Positions 19,747 to 30,228 of a DNA stretch of 64,000 nucleotides are shown here, piece by piece. A program made the translations under genes and the position numbers. The number at the start of each line of letters is the position of its first letter. The first letter of the stretch is position 1. This DNA comes from Minisyncoccota bacterium. GTDB lineage: Bacteria; Patescibacteriota; Minisyncoccia; Phycocordibacterales; UBA9973. Where the stretch lies: the NCBI GenBank assembly GCA_028718635.1, contig JAQULK010000001.1, positions 479,755 through 543,754 on the forward strand, given 5' to 3'. The notes beneath the pieces were generated by a model. It was not told the origin of the DNA and searched no databases. It saw nothing but the letters and a program-made list of their open reading frames with translations.

Positions 19747-21473
19747 TAATACACTTCCTGCTGATAACATTTTTCACAATACACTATTTCAGGCCGATCT
19801 GGGGCATAACTGGTTTCAAATTCAACTTCACATTTACCAGTATGGATATGATCTTCCTTATCACACATACATTGTCTATGCCAGAGCTTAAATGGGTTTC
19901 TTTGAGCGATACGTTGATAATGTCTGCAATTTGGACAAAGTTTCGGGATAGGTAAATTCATTCTTTTGTAAAAAGAAAATTCCTCGGCTATAACCTTAAA
20001 GGCTTCAGTGCATTGATCATTGCATTTCCCTTTGTGCTCGCATTCTATAACCTTACCGATTATTTCTTCTTTTGTGTCGGCAAAATTATCCGGAAGATCT
20101 TTGTTGTTGATTTCGATTTTATAGTTTCTTTCTTCGGTGTCTTTCCATTTGTAACCTTGTTTTAAAGCTTCTTCTTTAGTTAAAGGAAAGTATTCTTGAG
20201 CAATGGTTTCGTTGTAGCAGAAAGGACTTAATTCTGTTGGAAAGAACTCTCCGTATTTGTATATTCTACCTTTACTATCTATGTAGGGCATAGTGTTCAT
20301 ATGCTCTATAATTTTAGGGACTAATTCTTCGTATTGTTCTTTGGTGTATTGTTTGTTTAGGATGCAGTAGGATTTGTTGCGGAGACCGACGCAGGCGAAA
20401 CAATTTGAACATACATAACAAAAATCACAATAAGAAAGTTCATCAGATTCACCGCAAGTATTTGAAAATTTTGTATTAGTATTTTTCCAAAATGATATGT
20501 ATTCATAAGTAAGCTCCATAAATTCACAATAATTTGTATCGTAAACATTGCGACCATCAATCATTCGCATACAATATTTTTCATCTTCACATTTTTTAAC
20601 GTCGAAACAATTGTGAACATTTTTTGATTGAACGATGTTGTTTCCAGTCACGTTTTTGCACTGTATTTCTATGGCAAATTTATGCGGAACATTTCCTTTG
20701 ATTTTTAGAAATTCTTTTTGAATGTTTCTTAGTCCTTCTCTTCCATTTTTAAGCAACTCATTTTTCTTTTCAAGATATTGTTCCTTAGAATATGCTTTAT
20801 TGAAAATGTGATATTTTTGACTGCGCAGTCCTGTACAACCAATACAATCTTGGCAATTTTTGCAGTCAAAACAATAAATAAGGTCAAAAGAATTGGAACA
20901 TTCTTGAGCAAATATAGAATTTGATAATTTTTCGCAATCTATGCATTGGTAACAAAATTGACATTCTCGCGCTAGATGAGTATCAACGCAATTTTTTGAT
21001 TCATAGGGAGACCCATACATACAGTCCTCAATAGCGATGGATCCGAAACAAAGATAAGAATTTTTAACATCGCCAACATAATTGCAATAATCACTATTGT
21101 GAACAAAGTTAGCATTTAAATTTATCCTAGGAACTTTCTCTTGTAATTCCTTGAATTGGATAAAAAAATTCTTAGAGAAATCGTATTGTCTTCCATAAAA
21201 TAAAGCATCCCAATTATCAGACCAATAATAGTCGCGTTCATAAACTTTAAAGGGTTTATCTAAAGAATAAACAGAAATAATATTTTTACCGCTTCCGTCG
21301 CAAGTCCTTTTGTAAAGGGTTCTCTCGTTTCGAAAAACAAAACGACGCTGTAAACGGCAATCTGGGCAAAAAGTCGGAGGAGGTACTTTTATTTTTTGGT
21401 AAAATTTAAAATCCTCCGATTCTATCGTAAAATCTTTTTTACAATTTTGACAGATTTTTGTTTCACTTTGCAT
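19746..21473 (-). CDS. Cys-rich hypothetical protein, paralog 1
   Basis: CQNC, CPDCR, many CxxC repeats, C-terminal YCEKCYQQEVY. Confidence 0.85.
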   Translation of the reverse strand: MQSETKICQNCKKDFTIESEDFKFYQKIKVPPPTFCPDCRLQRRFVFRNERTLYKRTCDGSGKNIISVYSLDKPFKVYERDYYWSDNWDALFYGRQYDFSKNFFIQFKELQEKVPRINLNANFVHNSDYCNYVGDVKNSYLCFGSIAIEDCMYGSPYESKNCVDTHLARECQFCYQCIDCEKLSNSIFAQECSNSFDLIYCFDCKNCQDCIGCTGLRSQKYHIFNKAYSKEQYLEKKNELLKNGREGLRNIQKEFLKIKGNVPHKFAIEIQCKNVTGNNIVQSKNVHNCFDVKKCEDEKYCMRMIDGRNVYDTNYCEFMELTYEYISFWKNTNTKFSNTCGESDELSYCDFCYVCSNCFACVGLRNKSYCILNKQYTKEQYEELVPKIIEHMNTMPYIDSKGRIYKYGEFFPTELSPFCYNETIAQEYFPLTKEEALKQGYKWKDTEERNYKIEINNKDLPDNFADTKEEIIGKVIECEHKGKCNDQCTEAFKVIAEEFSFYKRMNLPIPKLCPNCRHYQRIAQRNPFKLWHRQCMCDKEDHIHTGKCEVEFETSYAPDRPEIVYCEKCYQQEVY

Positions 21474-21478
21474 TTTTA

Positions 21479-22852
21479 TTACTTTGAAGCGAGTTTGGAA
21501 GCAAGACCGGTGTAATTTTCCGGAGTGATTGTTAAAAGTTCCTTTTTGATCTTTTCATTTACATCTAGGGATTTTATAAATTCGTGAATATCTGCGAGGG
21601 TTATTTGTTTACCACGAGTCAGTTCTTTTAATTTTTCATACGGCATAGCCACACCTTCACGTCGCAGAATAGTTTGGATCGCCTCAGTAATTACTTCCGG
21701 ATGATTGTTAAGATCTTCTTTTATTTTAATTTCGTTTATAGTAATTTTACTAAGTCCCTTAAGGAGTGAAGTATAAGCTACATATGAATGTCCAAAAGCC
21801 GTACCAAAAGCGCGTTCCACAGTAGAGTCCGAAAGATCCCGTTGTAGACGAGAAATAGGCAATTTTCTAGCAAAAAATTCAAAAAGCGCATTGGCTAAGC
21901 CGAGATTCCCCTCGCTATTTTCAAAATCGATAGGATTTATTTTATGGGGCATAGTTGAAGAGCCGACTTCCCCTCCCTTCACTTTTTGAGTTATCCAATT
22001 GTCGGAAATATATCTCCACATATCTTGATTGAGATCGATAAGCATGTTGTTCATTCTCTTGAAACGATCAAACAGCTCAATATAAGAATCATGAGGTTCG
22101 ATTTGGGTTGTGACTGAATTTAATTCAAGTTTGAATGTTAAATCTTTATTTAAATCTTTGATGAAATCTTCGGAAAATTTTACCCAATCGATTTTTGGAA
22201 AAGCTACTGCATGCGCATTATAATTTCCGGAAGCACCGCTCATTTTTACCATTATTTTTTGCCCGAGCAAATGATCCAAACCTCGTCCGAGCCTGGAAGC
22301 AAACACATTTATTTCTTTGCCGAAAGTGGTGGGGCTTGCCGGCTGACCATGAGTACGCGCAAGCATAGGTAAATATTTATGATTCTTAGCCAAAAGCTCG
22401 AGTTCCTTATTTATTTCTTTTAACGCAGGCATCAAGACATTTGCGACAGATTCGCTCAATATTAATCCATAAGCAAGATTGTTTGTATCATCGGAAGTAA
22501 GGGCAAAATGCACCCATTCTATGCTGTCTTTTAAAGACGTCTTTGAAAGTTCATTTTTTATAAAATATTCAACTGCTTTTACATCATGATTGGTCGCCCT
22601 TTCTATTTCTTTTATTTTTTTATATGAAATCTCATCAAATTTTTCGTAAAGATTTTTAACTATTTTTATTTCGTTTGGCAAAAACTTACGAAATATTTTA
22701 TTCTCTGATAAAGCAATTAAATATTCTGCTTCTATTTTTACTCGGTACTTCATCAATGCTTCCTCAGAAAAATACTGTACCAGTGCGCGAGTCTTTTCAA
22801 AATATCTTCCATCAAGTGGGTTTATGGAATTTTCTATTGTTTTATATTTCAT
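21479..22852 (-). CDS. purB: Adenylosuccinate lyase
   Basis: TNHDVKAVEY, RTHGQPA, GSSTMPHKINPIDFEN. Confidence 0.97.
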   Translation of the reverse strand: MKYKTIENSINPLDGRYFEKTRALVQYFSEEALMKYRVKIEAEYLIALSENKIFRKFLPNEIKIVKNLYEKFDEISYKKIKEIERATNHDVKAVEYFIKNELSKTSLKDSIEWVHFALTSDDTNNLAYGLILSESVANVLMPALKEINKELELLAKNHKYLPMLARTHGQPASPTTFGKEINVFASRLGRGLDHLLGQKIMVKMSGASGNYNAHAVAFPKIDWVKFSEDFIKDLNKDLTFKLELNSVTTQIEPHDSYIELFDRFKRMNNMLIDLNQDMWRYISDNWITQKVKGGEVGSSTMPHKINPIDFENSEGNLGLANALFEFFARKLPISRLQRDLSDSTVERAFGTAFGHSYVAYTSLLKGLSKITINEIKIKEDLNNHPEVITEAIQTILRREGVAMPYEKLKELTRGKQITLADIHEFIKSLDVNEKIKKELLTITPENYTGLASKLASK

Positions 22853-23786
22853 TTTTTATTTCGTATTTTTTTAAATTACTTGCAATTCTTTTTGCAATAT
22901 CCCCTATTTCGACTTTAAAAGGAATACCGGTAATTTGTTCGCAAATTCGGATGTATCGGCTGGATAATTCTTTTACCATTTCGATCGGTGCTTCCGGCAA
23001 AATTTTGTCTTTATAAGGGTCGGAATTATTTTTAAACCATAAACGCAAAAATTCTTTATCAAAATTTTCCGGTTCTAAGCCTTGGTCTATCTTGCCTTGG
23101 TATGAATTTGCTTGCCAATATCTAGAAGAATCCGGAGTGTGAATTTCATCCACCAATACTATTTCATTATTTTCATCCAAGCCGAATTCGTATTTCGTAT
23201 CTACTAAAATCAAACCGTGAGCTAATGCAATTTCTTCTCCGCGTTTGAATAATTTTAAAGAAATATCAGCAATTTTTTCCCATTGCTCTTTTGTCATATA
23301 CCCGCCATCGATTATATCTCTACTTGAAAGCGGTCGGTCGTGCTCTTCGTGTTTGGTGGTAGGCGTCAAGACGACTTTATCCAATCTCTGATTTTTCTTC
23401 ATACCATCAGGTAAAACAAAATCTCCGAAATCTCTTTGACCTCTTTGATATAAAGTCCAAAGGGAGGTTCCTGTAACTCCGGTAATGAACGCTCTCGGTA
23501 CGACTTCTACAGGAAAAACTTTACACTTTTTGCCTACCACTACATTCGGGTCTGGAAAATCTATTACATGATTTTTCACGATATCCTTTGTGTTTTCAAA
23601 CCAAAAACGGCTAACCTGGGTCAGCACCTGTCCTTTGCAAGGTATCAACGCAAGGTTGCGGTCAAAAGCGGAATACCTATCTGTAGAAATTAAAATTACT
23701 TTATCATCCTGGGTATACACGTCTCTCACCTTACCGACATATTTTTCTCCCAAGTTTTTGAAATCCGTTTTTTCTAAAATATTCAT
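22842..23786 (-). CDS. purC: SAICAR synthase
   Basis: GKVRDVY, DTKYEFG, DEIHTPDSSRYW, DKEFLR. Confidence 0.97.
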   Translation of the reverse strand: MNILEKTDFKNLGEKYVGKVRDVYTQDDKVILISTDRYSAFDRNLALIPCKGQVLTQVSRFWFENTKDIVKNHVIDFPDPNVVVGKKCKVFPVEVVPRAFITGVTGTSLWTLYQRGQRDFGDFVLPDGMKKNQRLDKVVLTPTTKHEEHDRPLSSRDIIDGGYMTKEQWEKIADISLKLFKRGEEIALAHGLILVDTKYEFGLDENNEIVLVDEIHTPDSSRYWQANSYQGKIDQGLEPENFDKEFLRLWFKNNSDPYKDKILPEAPIEMVKELSSRYIRICEQITGIPFKVEIGDIAKRIASNLKKYEIKNEI

Positions 23787-23790
23787 TTAT

Positions 23791-24831
23791 TTATATTAAA
23801 ATTACTTTTCCTTCTCCTTTAATAATTTTACCAATTTCATATATTTTAAAATTCGGATATTTTTTAAAAATTTCTGTAATTTTTGTTTTTTCTGATAGTT
23901 CCGAAACCAGAACCATTCCAATTCCCATATTGAAGGCGGTATACATTTCTTGTTCACTAACATTACCAATTTTTTGTAAGAAAGGAAAAATGGGAAGAAC
24001 TGGCCATGAACCTTTTTGGATTTCTGCATCAAGATTTTTAGGAAGGATGCGAGGAATATTTTCCATAAATCCTCCGCCAGTTATATGCGCGATTCCTTTT
24101 ATCTCAACTCCGGAATCCAGAATTTCCAATATCGGTCTGGTGTAATTAGTGTGTACTTGTAAAAGCGCTTCGCCCACAGTCATACCAAGTTCGGGAATTT
24201 TTTCATTGACGTTGTGCTTAGCAATTTCAAAAATTAATTTTCTTGCCAAAGAAAATCCATTTGTGTGCAATCCAGAAGAAGCGAGCCCAAAGACGACATC
24301 TCCTTCTTTAATTTTTTCTCCAGTTATTATATTATCTTTTTCTACTATGCCAGTGATGCATCCAGCGATGTCATGTTCTCCTTTTATGTATACTCCGGGC
24401 ATTTCAGCGGTTTCACCGCCGATGATAGAAACTCCTGCTTCCCTGCAAGACTTTGCCATACCTGAGACCATCTGCTCCATTTCTTCTGGAACAAGTGTTT
24501 CATTTGCTACATAGTCTAAAAATGTGACCGGTCGAGCTCCCATTGCGAGGATGTCTCCACAACTATGCCCAACTATATCTTCACCTACGGAATCATATTT
24601 GTTTACCATTCTAGCCACTAATAGTTTTGTCCCTACACCATCAATACTTTGGACTAAGATTGGATGTTTGTAAGATTTTAAAATTTCTCCCAGATCATAC
24701 AGTCCGCCAAAGTGTCCTATGTTTGTAAGTACAGCATTAGTGTGAGTGCTCGCCACGCTTTCTTTTATTCGTTTTACGACTTCATTTCCAGCTTCAATAT
24801 TTACACCAGCTTGTTTGTACAAGTCACTCAT
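23791..24831 (-). CDS. purM: AIR synthase
   Basis: DGVGTK, GGETAEMP, SSGLHTNG, HITGGG, FNMGIG. Confidence 0.97.
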   Translation of the reverse strand: MSDLYKQAGVNIEAGNEVVKRIKESVASTHTNAVLTNIGHFGGLYDLGEILKSYKHPILVQSIDGVGTKLLVARMVNKYDSVGEDIVGHSCGDILAMGARPVTFLDYVANETLVPEEMEQMVSGMAKSCREAGVSIIGGETAEMPGVYIKGEHDIAGCITGIVEKDNIITGEKIKEGDVVFGLASSGLHTNGFSLARKLIFEIAKHNVNEKIPELGMTVGEALLQVHTNYTRPILEILDSGVEIKGIAHITGGGFMENIPRILPKNLDAEIQKGSWPVLPIFPFLQKIGNVSEQEMYTAFNMGIGMVLVSELSEKTKITEIFKKYPNFKIYEIGKIIKGEGKVILI

Positions 24832-24832
24832 T

Positions 24833-25351
24833 TTATTTTTTTAGGTATTTTTTATATCCAACTTTTAAAAGTTTCTCACCTTTTATTTTAACTGCAATCT
24901 TCATTTTATCTTTATAAGCAATCAATTTCTTTTCTAAATTTTTATCATTTATTGCAAGCATGGCAATCGCCAGCAACCCTGCATTTTTTGCAGAGTTAAT
25001 GCCGACAGTCGCTACAGGTATTCCCGAAGGCATATTTATCGTAGAAAGAATTGAATCAAGGCCGTATAAATTTTTAGTTTTAATAGGCACGCCGATGACA
25101 GGCAGAGTCGTGAGAGAGGCGATCACTCCTGCCAAATGCGCTGCTCCGCCTGCGCCTGCAATGATGATTTTTAATCCGCGAGCTTTTGCGCTCACTGTAT
25201 ATTTATGAACCAAATCAGGGCTTCGGTGCGCAGAAGCCACTGTCATCTCAAAAGGCACATTAAATTCTCCGAGTATTTTCCCTGCTTCTGCCATTACCTC
25301 CAAATCTGAATCCGAACCCATAACTATGCCGACAATAGGTTTTTTACTCAT
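24833..25351 (-). CDS. purE: N5-CAIR mutase / AIR carboxylase PurE
   Basis: MGSDSD, SAHR, AGGAAHL, MPSGIPVATV. Confidence 0.97.
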   Translation of the reverse strand: MSKKPIVGIVMGSDSDLEVMAEAGKILGEFNVPFEMTVASAHRSPDLVHKYTVSAKARGLKIIIAGAGGAAHLAGVIASLTTLPVIGVPIKTKNLYGLDSILSTINMPSGIPVATVGINSAKNAGLLAIAMLAINDKNLEKKLIAYKDKMKIAVKIKGEKLLKVGYKKYLKK

Positions 25352-25376
25352 GAAATTATCTTATCACATTTTTCAA

Positions 25377-25487
25377 AATTACGAAATATAACTTTTCGAA
25401 GGGGTTTCGAGGCTGACGAGCCGAGAACTTCAGGAATTTTTAAGCTTCAAAAATTCCGTACCGAAGAAAAGTTTATATTTCGTAATT
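25377..25487 (-). mobile_element. 111-bp element, family A, copy 3
   Basis: Reverse-oriented copy with paired arm changes (gaaatata/tatatttc). Confidence 0.9.
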
Positions 25488-25502
25488 TATTAGAACTAAT
25501 TT

Positions 25503-27020
25503 TTAATGTTTAAAATGTCGAAAGCCAGTCGTTACCATCGCCATATTATATTTATTCGCCATATCAATCGATGCTTGATCATTTTTCGAGCCTCCAGGAT
25601 GAATTACCGCGCTTACACCCTCTTCTCCTGCTAACTCTACGCAATCAGGAAATGGAAAGAATGCTTCAGAGGACATCACTGCGCCTTTGAGAGAAAAATT
25701 AAATTTTTTAGCTTTATCGACAGCTTGCTTTAAGGCATCAATGCGAGAAGTTTGCCCGCAACCCATCGCTAAAAGCGTCCCATCTTTTACTAAAGCAATA
25801 GAATTAGATTTTAAATGTTTTGTAATTACTGCAGCTACAAGCAAGTCTTTTTTTTCTTGATCCGTCGGTTCACGTTTTGTTGTTACTTTTAAATCTTCTT
25901 CAGTTTCAATATGCGTGTCTCGATCTTGAGAAAGAATTCCGGTAAAACAAGTTCGGTTTTGTTTTTGTGCAAGGATTGGTTTCTGCCATTTCAAAATTCT
26001 GCAATCTTTTTTCTCCATTAATATATCGAGCGCTTCTTTAGAAAAGTCTGGCGCGATGATTACTTCTACGAAAAGTTTTTGTTCTTTGATAAGCTTAGTA
26101 ATGTCTTCTTCTATGGTTCTGTTGGATGCCAAAATTCCACCAAAAGCTGAAAGCGGATCTGCGTTATAAGCTGCTTGATATGCTTCAAATAAATGCCCTT
26201 CTTCTCTAACTGCTAGACCGCAAGTATTCATATGTTTTACGATAGCAAAAGCAGGATCTTTAAAATCATAAACAGCCATAATGGCAGCCTCTGTATCTAT
26301 AAGATTGTTATAGGAAAGTTCTTTTCCGTGAAGTTGGATAAAACTTTTTTCTAGATTCCCGATAAATTCAGCTTTCTGGTGCGGATTTTCTCCATAACGC
26401 AATTTTTTTCCTTGAAAATATGCACGAATAGCATTGTCGTAAGCGCTCGTCACCTCAAAAGCATCACCTGCAAATTTTTTACGTTCTTCTAAAGTTGTTT
26501 CTGTGCCTTTTTTAAGTATCTCTGCTAATTCCTGATACTGATTTTTAGAAGGAATAACTACAACATCATTAAAGTTCTTCGCCGCTGCACGAATTAGAGA
26601 TATTCCGCCGATATCTATTTTTTCTATTATTTCTTCCTCGCCCGTCGAAGCATTGGCGAAGGAGGGCTCGTTTTCATATCTTTCTAAAGTTTCTTCGAAT
26701 GGATACAGATCCACGATTACTAAATCAATATTCTCTATGTTGTGTTCTTTCTTTTCTTTCTGATCGTCAACGTTATCTCGGCGATTCAAAATTCCGCCGA
26801 AAATTTGTGGTTGTAGTGTTTTTACTCTACCACCAAATAAAGCAGGATAATTGGTGATTTCTTCCACTTCAGTCACTGGCACGCCAAGCTTGCGAATAAA
26901 TTCTGCAGTCCCGCCGGTCGAAATAATTTTTACATTATGCTTGGCCAGAAGCTTAACAATTTCTTCTAGTCCATCTTTATTAAAAACTGAAATAAGCGCC
27001 GTTGTAATTTTTTTATTCAT
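25503..27020 (-). CDS. purH: Bifunctional AICAR transformylase/IMP cyclohydrolase
   Basis: ALISV, GRVKTL, IDIGG, LRYGENPHQ, ELSYNN, RHFKH. Confidence 0.97.
   Translation of the reverse strand: MNKKITTALISVFNKDGLEEIVKLLAKHNVKIISTGGTAEFIRKLGVPVTEVEEITNYPALFGGRVKTLQPQIFGGILNRRDNVDDQKEKKEHNIENIDLVIVDLYPFEETLERYENEPSFANASTGEEEIIEKIDIGGISLIRAAAKNFNDVVVIPSKNQYQELAEILKKGTETTLEERKKFAGDAFEVTSAYDNAIRAYFQGKKLRYGENPHQKAEFIGNLEKSFIQLHGKELSYNNLIDTEAAIMAVYDFKDPAFAIVKHMNTCGLAVREEGHLFEAYQAAYNADPLSAFGGILASNRTIEEDITKLIKEQKLFVEVIIAPDFSKEALDILMEKKDCRILKWQKPILAQKQNRTCFTGILSQDRDTHIETEEDLKVTTKREPTDQEKKDLLVAAVITKHLKSNSIALVKDGTLLAMGCGQTSRIDALKQAVDKAKKFNFSLKGAVMSSEAFFPFPDCVELAGEEGVSAVIHPGGSKNDQASIDMANKYNMAMVTTGFRHFKH
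26640..26667. repeat. Short palindromic repeat, family E, in frame in purH
   Basis: gcccgtcgaagcattggcgaaggagggc (EPSFANASTG); related to 62636-62661. Confidence 0.7.
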
Positions 27021-27064
27021 TTTTTTTATTTTCTTTTATTACTGTTTTTATAATTTTATTTACT

Positions 27065-27343
27065 TTATTTGAAAATAATTTCCCCACCAAATTTTTTTAT
27101 TGCTTCAGAAACCGAATTAAATCTTTCAGAACTTATCGGACGAACCGGAACTTTCGAATCATAAGTTTCTCCCGTTTGTTCTGTTGTAGTTAAATCAAAA
27201 CTATCACTAGGAACTTTATAAATACAAACACGAGGTTCAAATTCCTCTATATTTAAAACAGTAGATCCGTGATACAGAACTGGTGGCCTTTCCTGTTTTC
27301 CTTCAGGTGTTGTTTTTTTGATTTGTACTTGACTTTTTTCCAT
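27065..27343 (-). CDS. Hypothetical protein, possibly a truncated remnant
   Basis: 92 aa, LYHGS...IEEFEPR. Confidence 0.5.
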   Translation of the reverse strand: MEKSQVQIKKTTPEGKQERPPVLYHGSTVLNIEEFEPRVCIYKVPSDSFDLTTTEQTGETYDSKVPVRPISSERFNSVSEAIKKFGGEIIFK

Positions 27344-27374
27344 ATATTTTTATATAATTAGGTTACTTTTGGGG

Positions 27375-27650
27375 TTACCCACTGATCCCCGCTTCGGCGG
27401 GGTGACAATTACGAAGAAAGCTACCGATTTTCTTTTTTGAGGTCAATGGTAATCCGATGAAACTATCACTAGATAATTTTCTTAATATAAGTACAGGTCT
27501 TCTGAAGATAATTCCCTTACCACAAGACTCTTTAGCAACATTTAAGCCTACGGACATCCACCAAATTTCACCTTCTTTAAAGAAGAATTTTTGTTCCTTG
27601 ACATCCAATTCTTTTTTAATTTCATTCCATTTATCAAAATCTTTTTCCAT
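27375..27650 (-). pseudogene. PemK/MazF-like toxin, C-terminally truncated
   Basis: KEGEIWW..GLNV..E..GK...RPVLI...PLTS, then runs into a GC hairpin and stops at 91 aa. Confidence 0.65.
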
Positions 27651-27688
27651 ATTTTCTCTATTTTTTCTACTTTAGTTAAGTAAAGTAA

Positions 27689-29458
27689 TTAATAAACTTC
27701 TTGTTGGTAACACTTTTCGCAGTAAACTATTTCCGGTCTGCCAGGCGCATAGGAAGTTTCGAATTCATTTGGACAAGAATCATTTCCGTGAAAATGCTTC
27801 GCAGAATTTTGGTAAATATTATTTTCTGAAGCCCTACCCTTGCACATACATTTTCGATGCCAGAGTTTCAGCGGATTCCTTAAATTAATGCGTTGATAAT
27901 GTCGACAATTCGGACACAATCTAGGCAAAGGCAAATTCATTCTTTTATAAAATTTAAATTCTTCTGGAACTATTTTGAACGCCTCTGTGCATTGCTCTTT
28001 GCATTTACCGCCATGTTCGCAAGCAATAACTTTTCCCACTATATCATCTTTTACCTCATTAATATCGTCTGGAATATTTTTATTTTCTATGTCAACTTTG
28101 TAATTTCTTTCTTCCGTATCCTGCCAAGAATATCCTTTATCTAGAGCTTCTTCCTTTACTAGTGGAAAATACTCTTGCGCGATTGTTTCATTATAAGCAA
28201 AGGGAGATAATTCTGAAGGAAAAAATTCTCCGTATTTGTAAATAATTCCCTTTTTATCTTTATAAGGCATTTTCTCCATATGCTCTATAATTTTTGGCAG
28301 GAGTTTTTCATATTCTTCCTTTGTGTATTGTTTGTTTAAAATGCAATATTGTTTTTTGCGCAAACCCTCGCATCCGAAAATATTTAAACAATTATGACAT
28401 TCCTCACTGTAATAAGTATTTTGATTGCTTAAATTTCTAATACTAAAGGCTGTATTTGATCCGGCAAAACCGTGGGCAACTTCATATATAAGTTCTGCTT
28501 TAAAACCTTGAAAAGAAGTGTCATAACTATCTTTTGTTCCCCGTCTGCAAAAAAATAAATATTTTGAATCCTCTGCTTGGCCGGAAGTGAAAGACATGTG
28601 GACATTTCTAGCTTCCTTTAAATCATCCCCGTCTGAATTAACTGATTTATAAATCCGAGCATATCTATGGGGAAGTTTTGATTCTAACTCCTTTAGCTTT
28701 TGAATATTTTCCAAATGTTTTTTATAACTCCCAATATTTTCTTTTATAAATTTCTCATAATTTTCTTTTGAATATGGTTCATTGAATACGTGACATTGTT
28801 TATTTATGAGCCCGATACAGCCAAAACAATACATACAGTTTCTGCAGTCTATTAAATAATAACTTTCAATGCATTCTTGCGAGTAACGGCTAAAAAATAC
28901 TTTATTCAAACGCGTTGATTCAAAAATCTCATAACTAAATTCTATTTTTGATGAAAAAGCGACGTCCAAGGAATCCTGTGATTCCACCACTTGATTGCCA
29001 AAATATACTCTTTCATTATCTTTTCCTCCGAATAATAAATAGCATTCTTTGAAATCCAAACCGTAATTGCAATAATCGCTCAAAACAAAATTATCCCTGT
29101 AAAGATTTACTCTCGGAACAGATTTTTGAAGTGAATGAAATTGATCAAAAAAAGGAATCGAAAAATCATAATCACGGCCAAAAGTTATCGGATCCCATTT
29201 ATCAGAAAGCCAGCAATCACGACAATAAATTGTATAAGGTCTATCCTTGTGGTATATAGTCAATAATGATTTTTTACATAAAGCGCATTCACGCTTGTAA
29301 AAAACACGATTGTTTCTAAAAAGCAGTCTTCTTTGAAACCTGCAATCAGGGCAAAAAGTTGGCGCCAGCACTTTCATCTTCTCATAAAAATTGAAATCTT
29401 CTTTTTCTACAACAAACTTATTATTGCAATTTTGGCAAATTTTTGTTTCTGATTTCAT
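27689..29458 (-). CDS. Cys-rich hypothetical protein, paralog 2
   Basis: Same termini and motifs as 19746-21473. Confidence 0.85.
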   Translation of the reverse strand: MKSETKICQNCNNKFVVEKEDFNFYEKMKVLAPTFCPDCRFQRRLLFRNNRVFYKRECALCKKSLLTIYHKDRPYTIYCRDCWLSDKWDPITFGRDYDFSIPFFDQFHSLQKSVPRVNLYRDNFVLSDYCNYGLDFKECYLLFGGKDNERVYFGNQVVESQDSLDVAFSSKIEFSYEIFESTRLNKVFFSRYSQECIESYYLIDCRNCMYCFGCIGLINKQCHVFNEPYSKENYEKFIKENIGSYKKHLENIQKLKELESKLPHRYARIYKSVNSDGDDLKEARNVHMSFTSGQAEDSKYLFFCRRGTKDSYDTSFQGFKAELIYEVAHGFAGSNTAFSIRNLSNQNTYYSEECHNCLNIFGCEGLRKKQYCILNKQYTKEEYEKLLPKIIEHMEKMPYKDKKGIIYKYGEFFPSELSPFAYNETIAQEYFPLVKEEALDKGYSWQDTEERNYKVDIENKNIPDDINEVKDDIVGKVIACEHGGKCKEQCTEAFKIVPEEFKFYKRMNLPLPRLCPNCRHYQRINLRNPLKLWHRKCMCKGRASENNIYQNSAKHFHGNDSCPNEFETSYAPGRPEIVYCEKCYQQEVY

Positions 29459-30066
29459 TTAATTTTTCTTAATCTTTTAAGAATAAAATTTATCATAGGC
29501 TTATGATTTCCAATAGAACCAAAAATACAAGCTTTTATGTAGTCATTTTTTGATTTTGGGCTCCAATCTATCATTTCATAACCAATACTTGAAACCAATA
29601 AATCTAAAAACAATCGAATGGTTCGCCCATTGCCTTCTCGAAAAGGATGTACTGCGTTGTATTCGTTATGAATAAATGCAATTTTATACGCTATGTCATT
29701 TTTTTTATCTTGCTTTTTGGGAATATCTTCCTTCAAGATTTTATCTAAATATTTTAAAGATGAATCTAGGTGGTTAACCGAAGCAAACATCATTTTTCCC
29801 TTTGATATATCGACTTCTCTTTTGCGCCCTGCCCAATCATACAATGTGCTAAGAAAATATTTATGTATAGAAAACAAAAATTTAACATCAAATGTCGCAA
29901 TATCGCGATTCTCTTTTGAAAGAAAAAACTCATAAGCATCTACTAGTAATATAGTTTCAGCATCTTCTAGCTCTTTTTGACTGGAAATACCAAGCTTATT
30001 TTTCAAAACTCCTCCTTCTAGACCAGCACTCTTGTTTGTAATATTATAACGAGAATGCCCTGCCAT
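29455..30066 (-). CDS. Fic family AMPylase toxin
   Basis: HPFREGNGRTIR; start MAGHSRY chosen. Confidence 0.92.
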   Translation of the reverse strand: MAGHSRYNITNKSAGLEGGVLKNKLGISSQKELEDAETILLVDAYEFFLSKENRDIATFDVKFLFSIHKYFLSTLYDWAGRKREVDISKGKMMFASVNHLDSSLKYLDKILKEDIPKKQDKKNDIAYKIAFIHNEYNAVHPFREGNGRTIRLFLDLLVSSIGYEMIDWSPKSKNDYIKACIFGSIGNHKPMINFILKRLRKIK

Positions 30067-30202
30067 ACTTTTGCAATTTTTTAATGATAAGGTTGTTTTT
30101 TTGGGCGCGAGCAAATCTAATCCCCTCTATTTTTGAAGAGGCTGAAACAGCATTTTTAATTTGTTTTTTACTAACAAACTTAGATAATATATGATTTTTC
30201 AT
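30044..30202 (-). CDS. Fic antitoxin (VbhA/FicA-like), 52 aa
   Basis: Manual translation MKNHILSKFVSKKQIKNAVSASSKIEGIRF...; contains the (S/T)xxxE(G/N) inhibitory motif and overlaps the fic start. Confidence 0.8.
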   Translation of the reverse strand: MKNHILSKFVSKKQIKNAVSASSKIEGIRFARAQKNNLIIKKLQKYGRAFSL

Positions 30203-30228
30203 ATATATATTATAGCATAAAATTTCTC

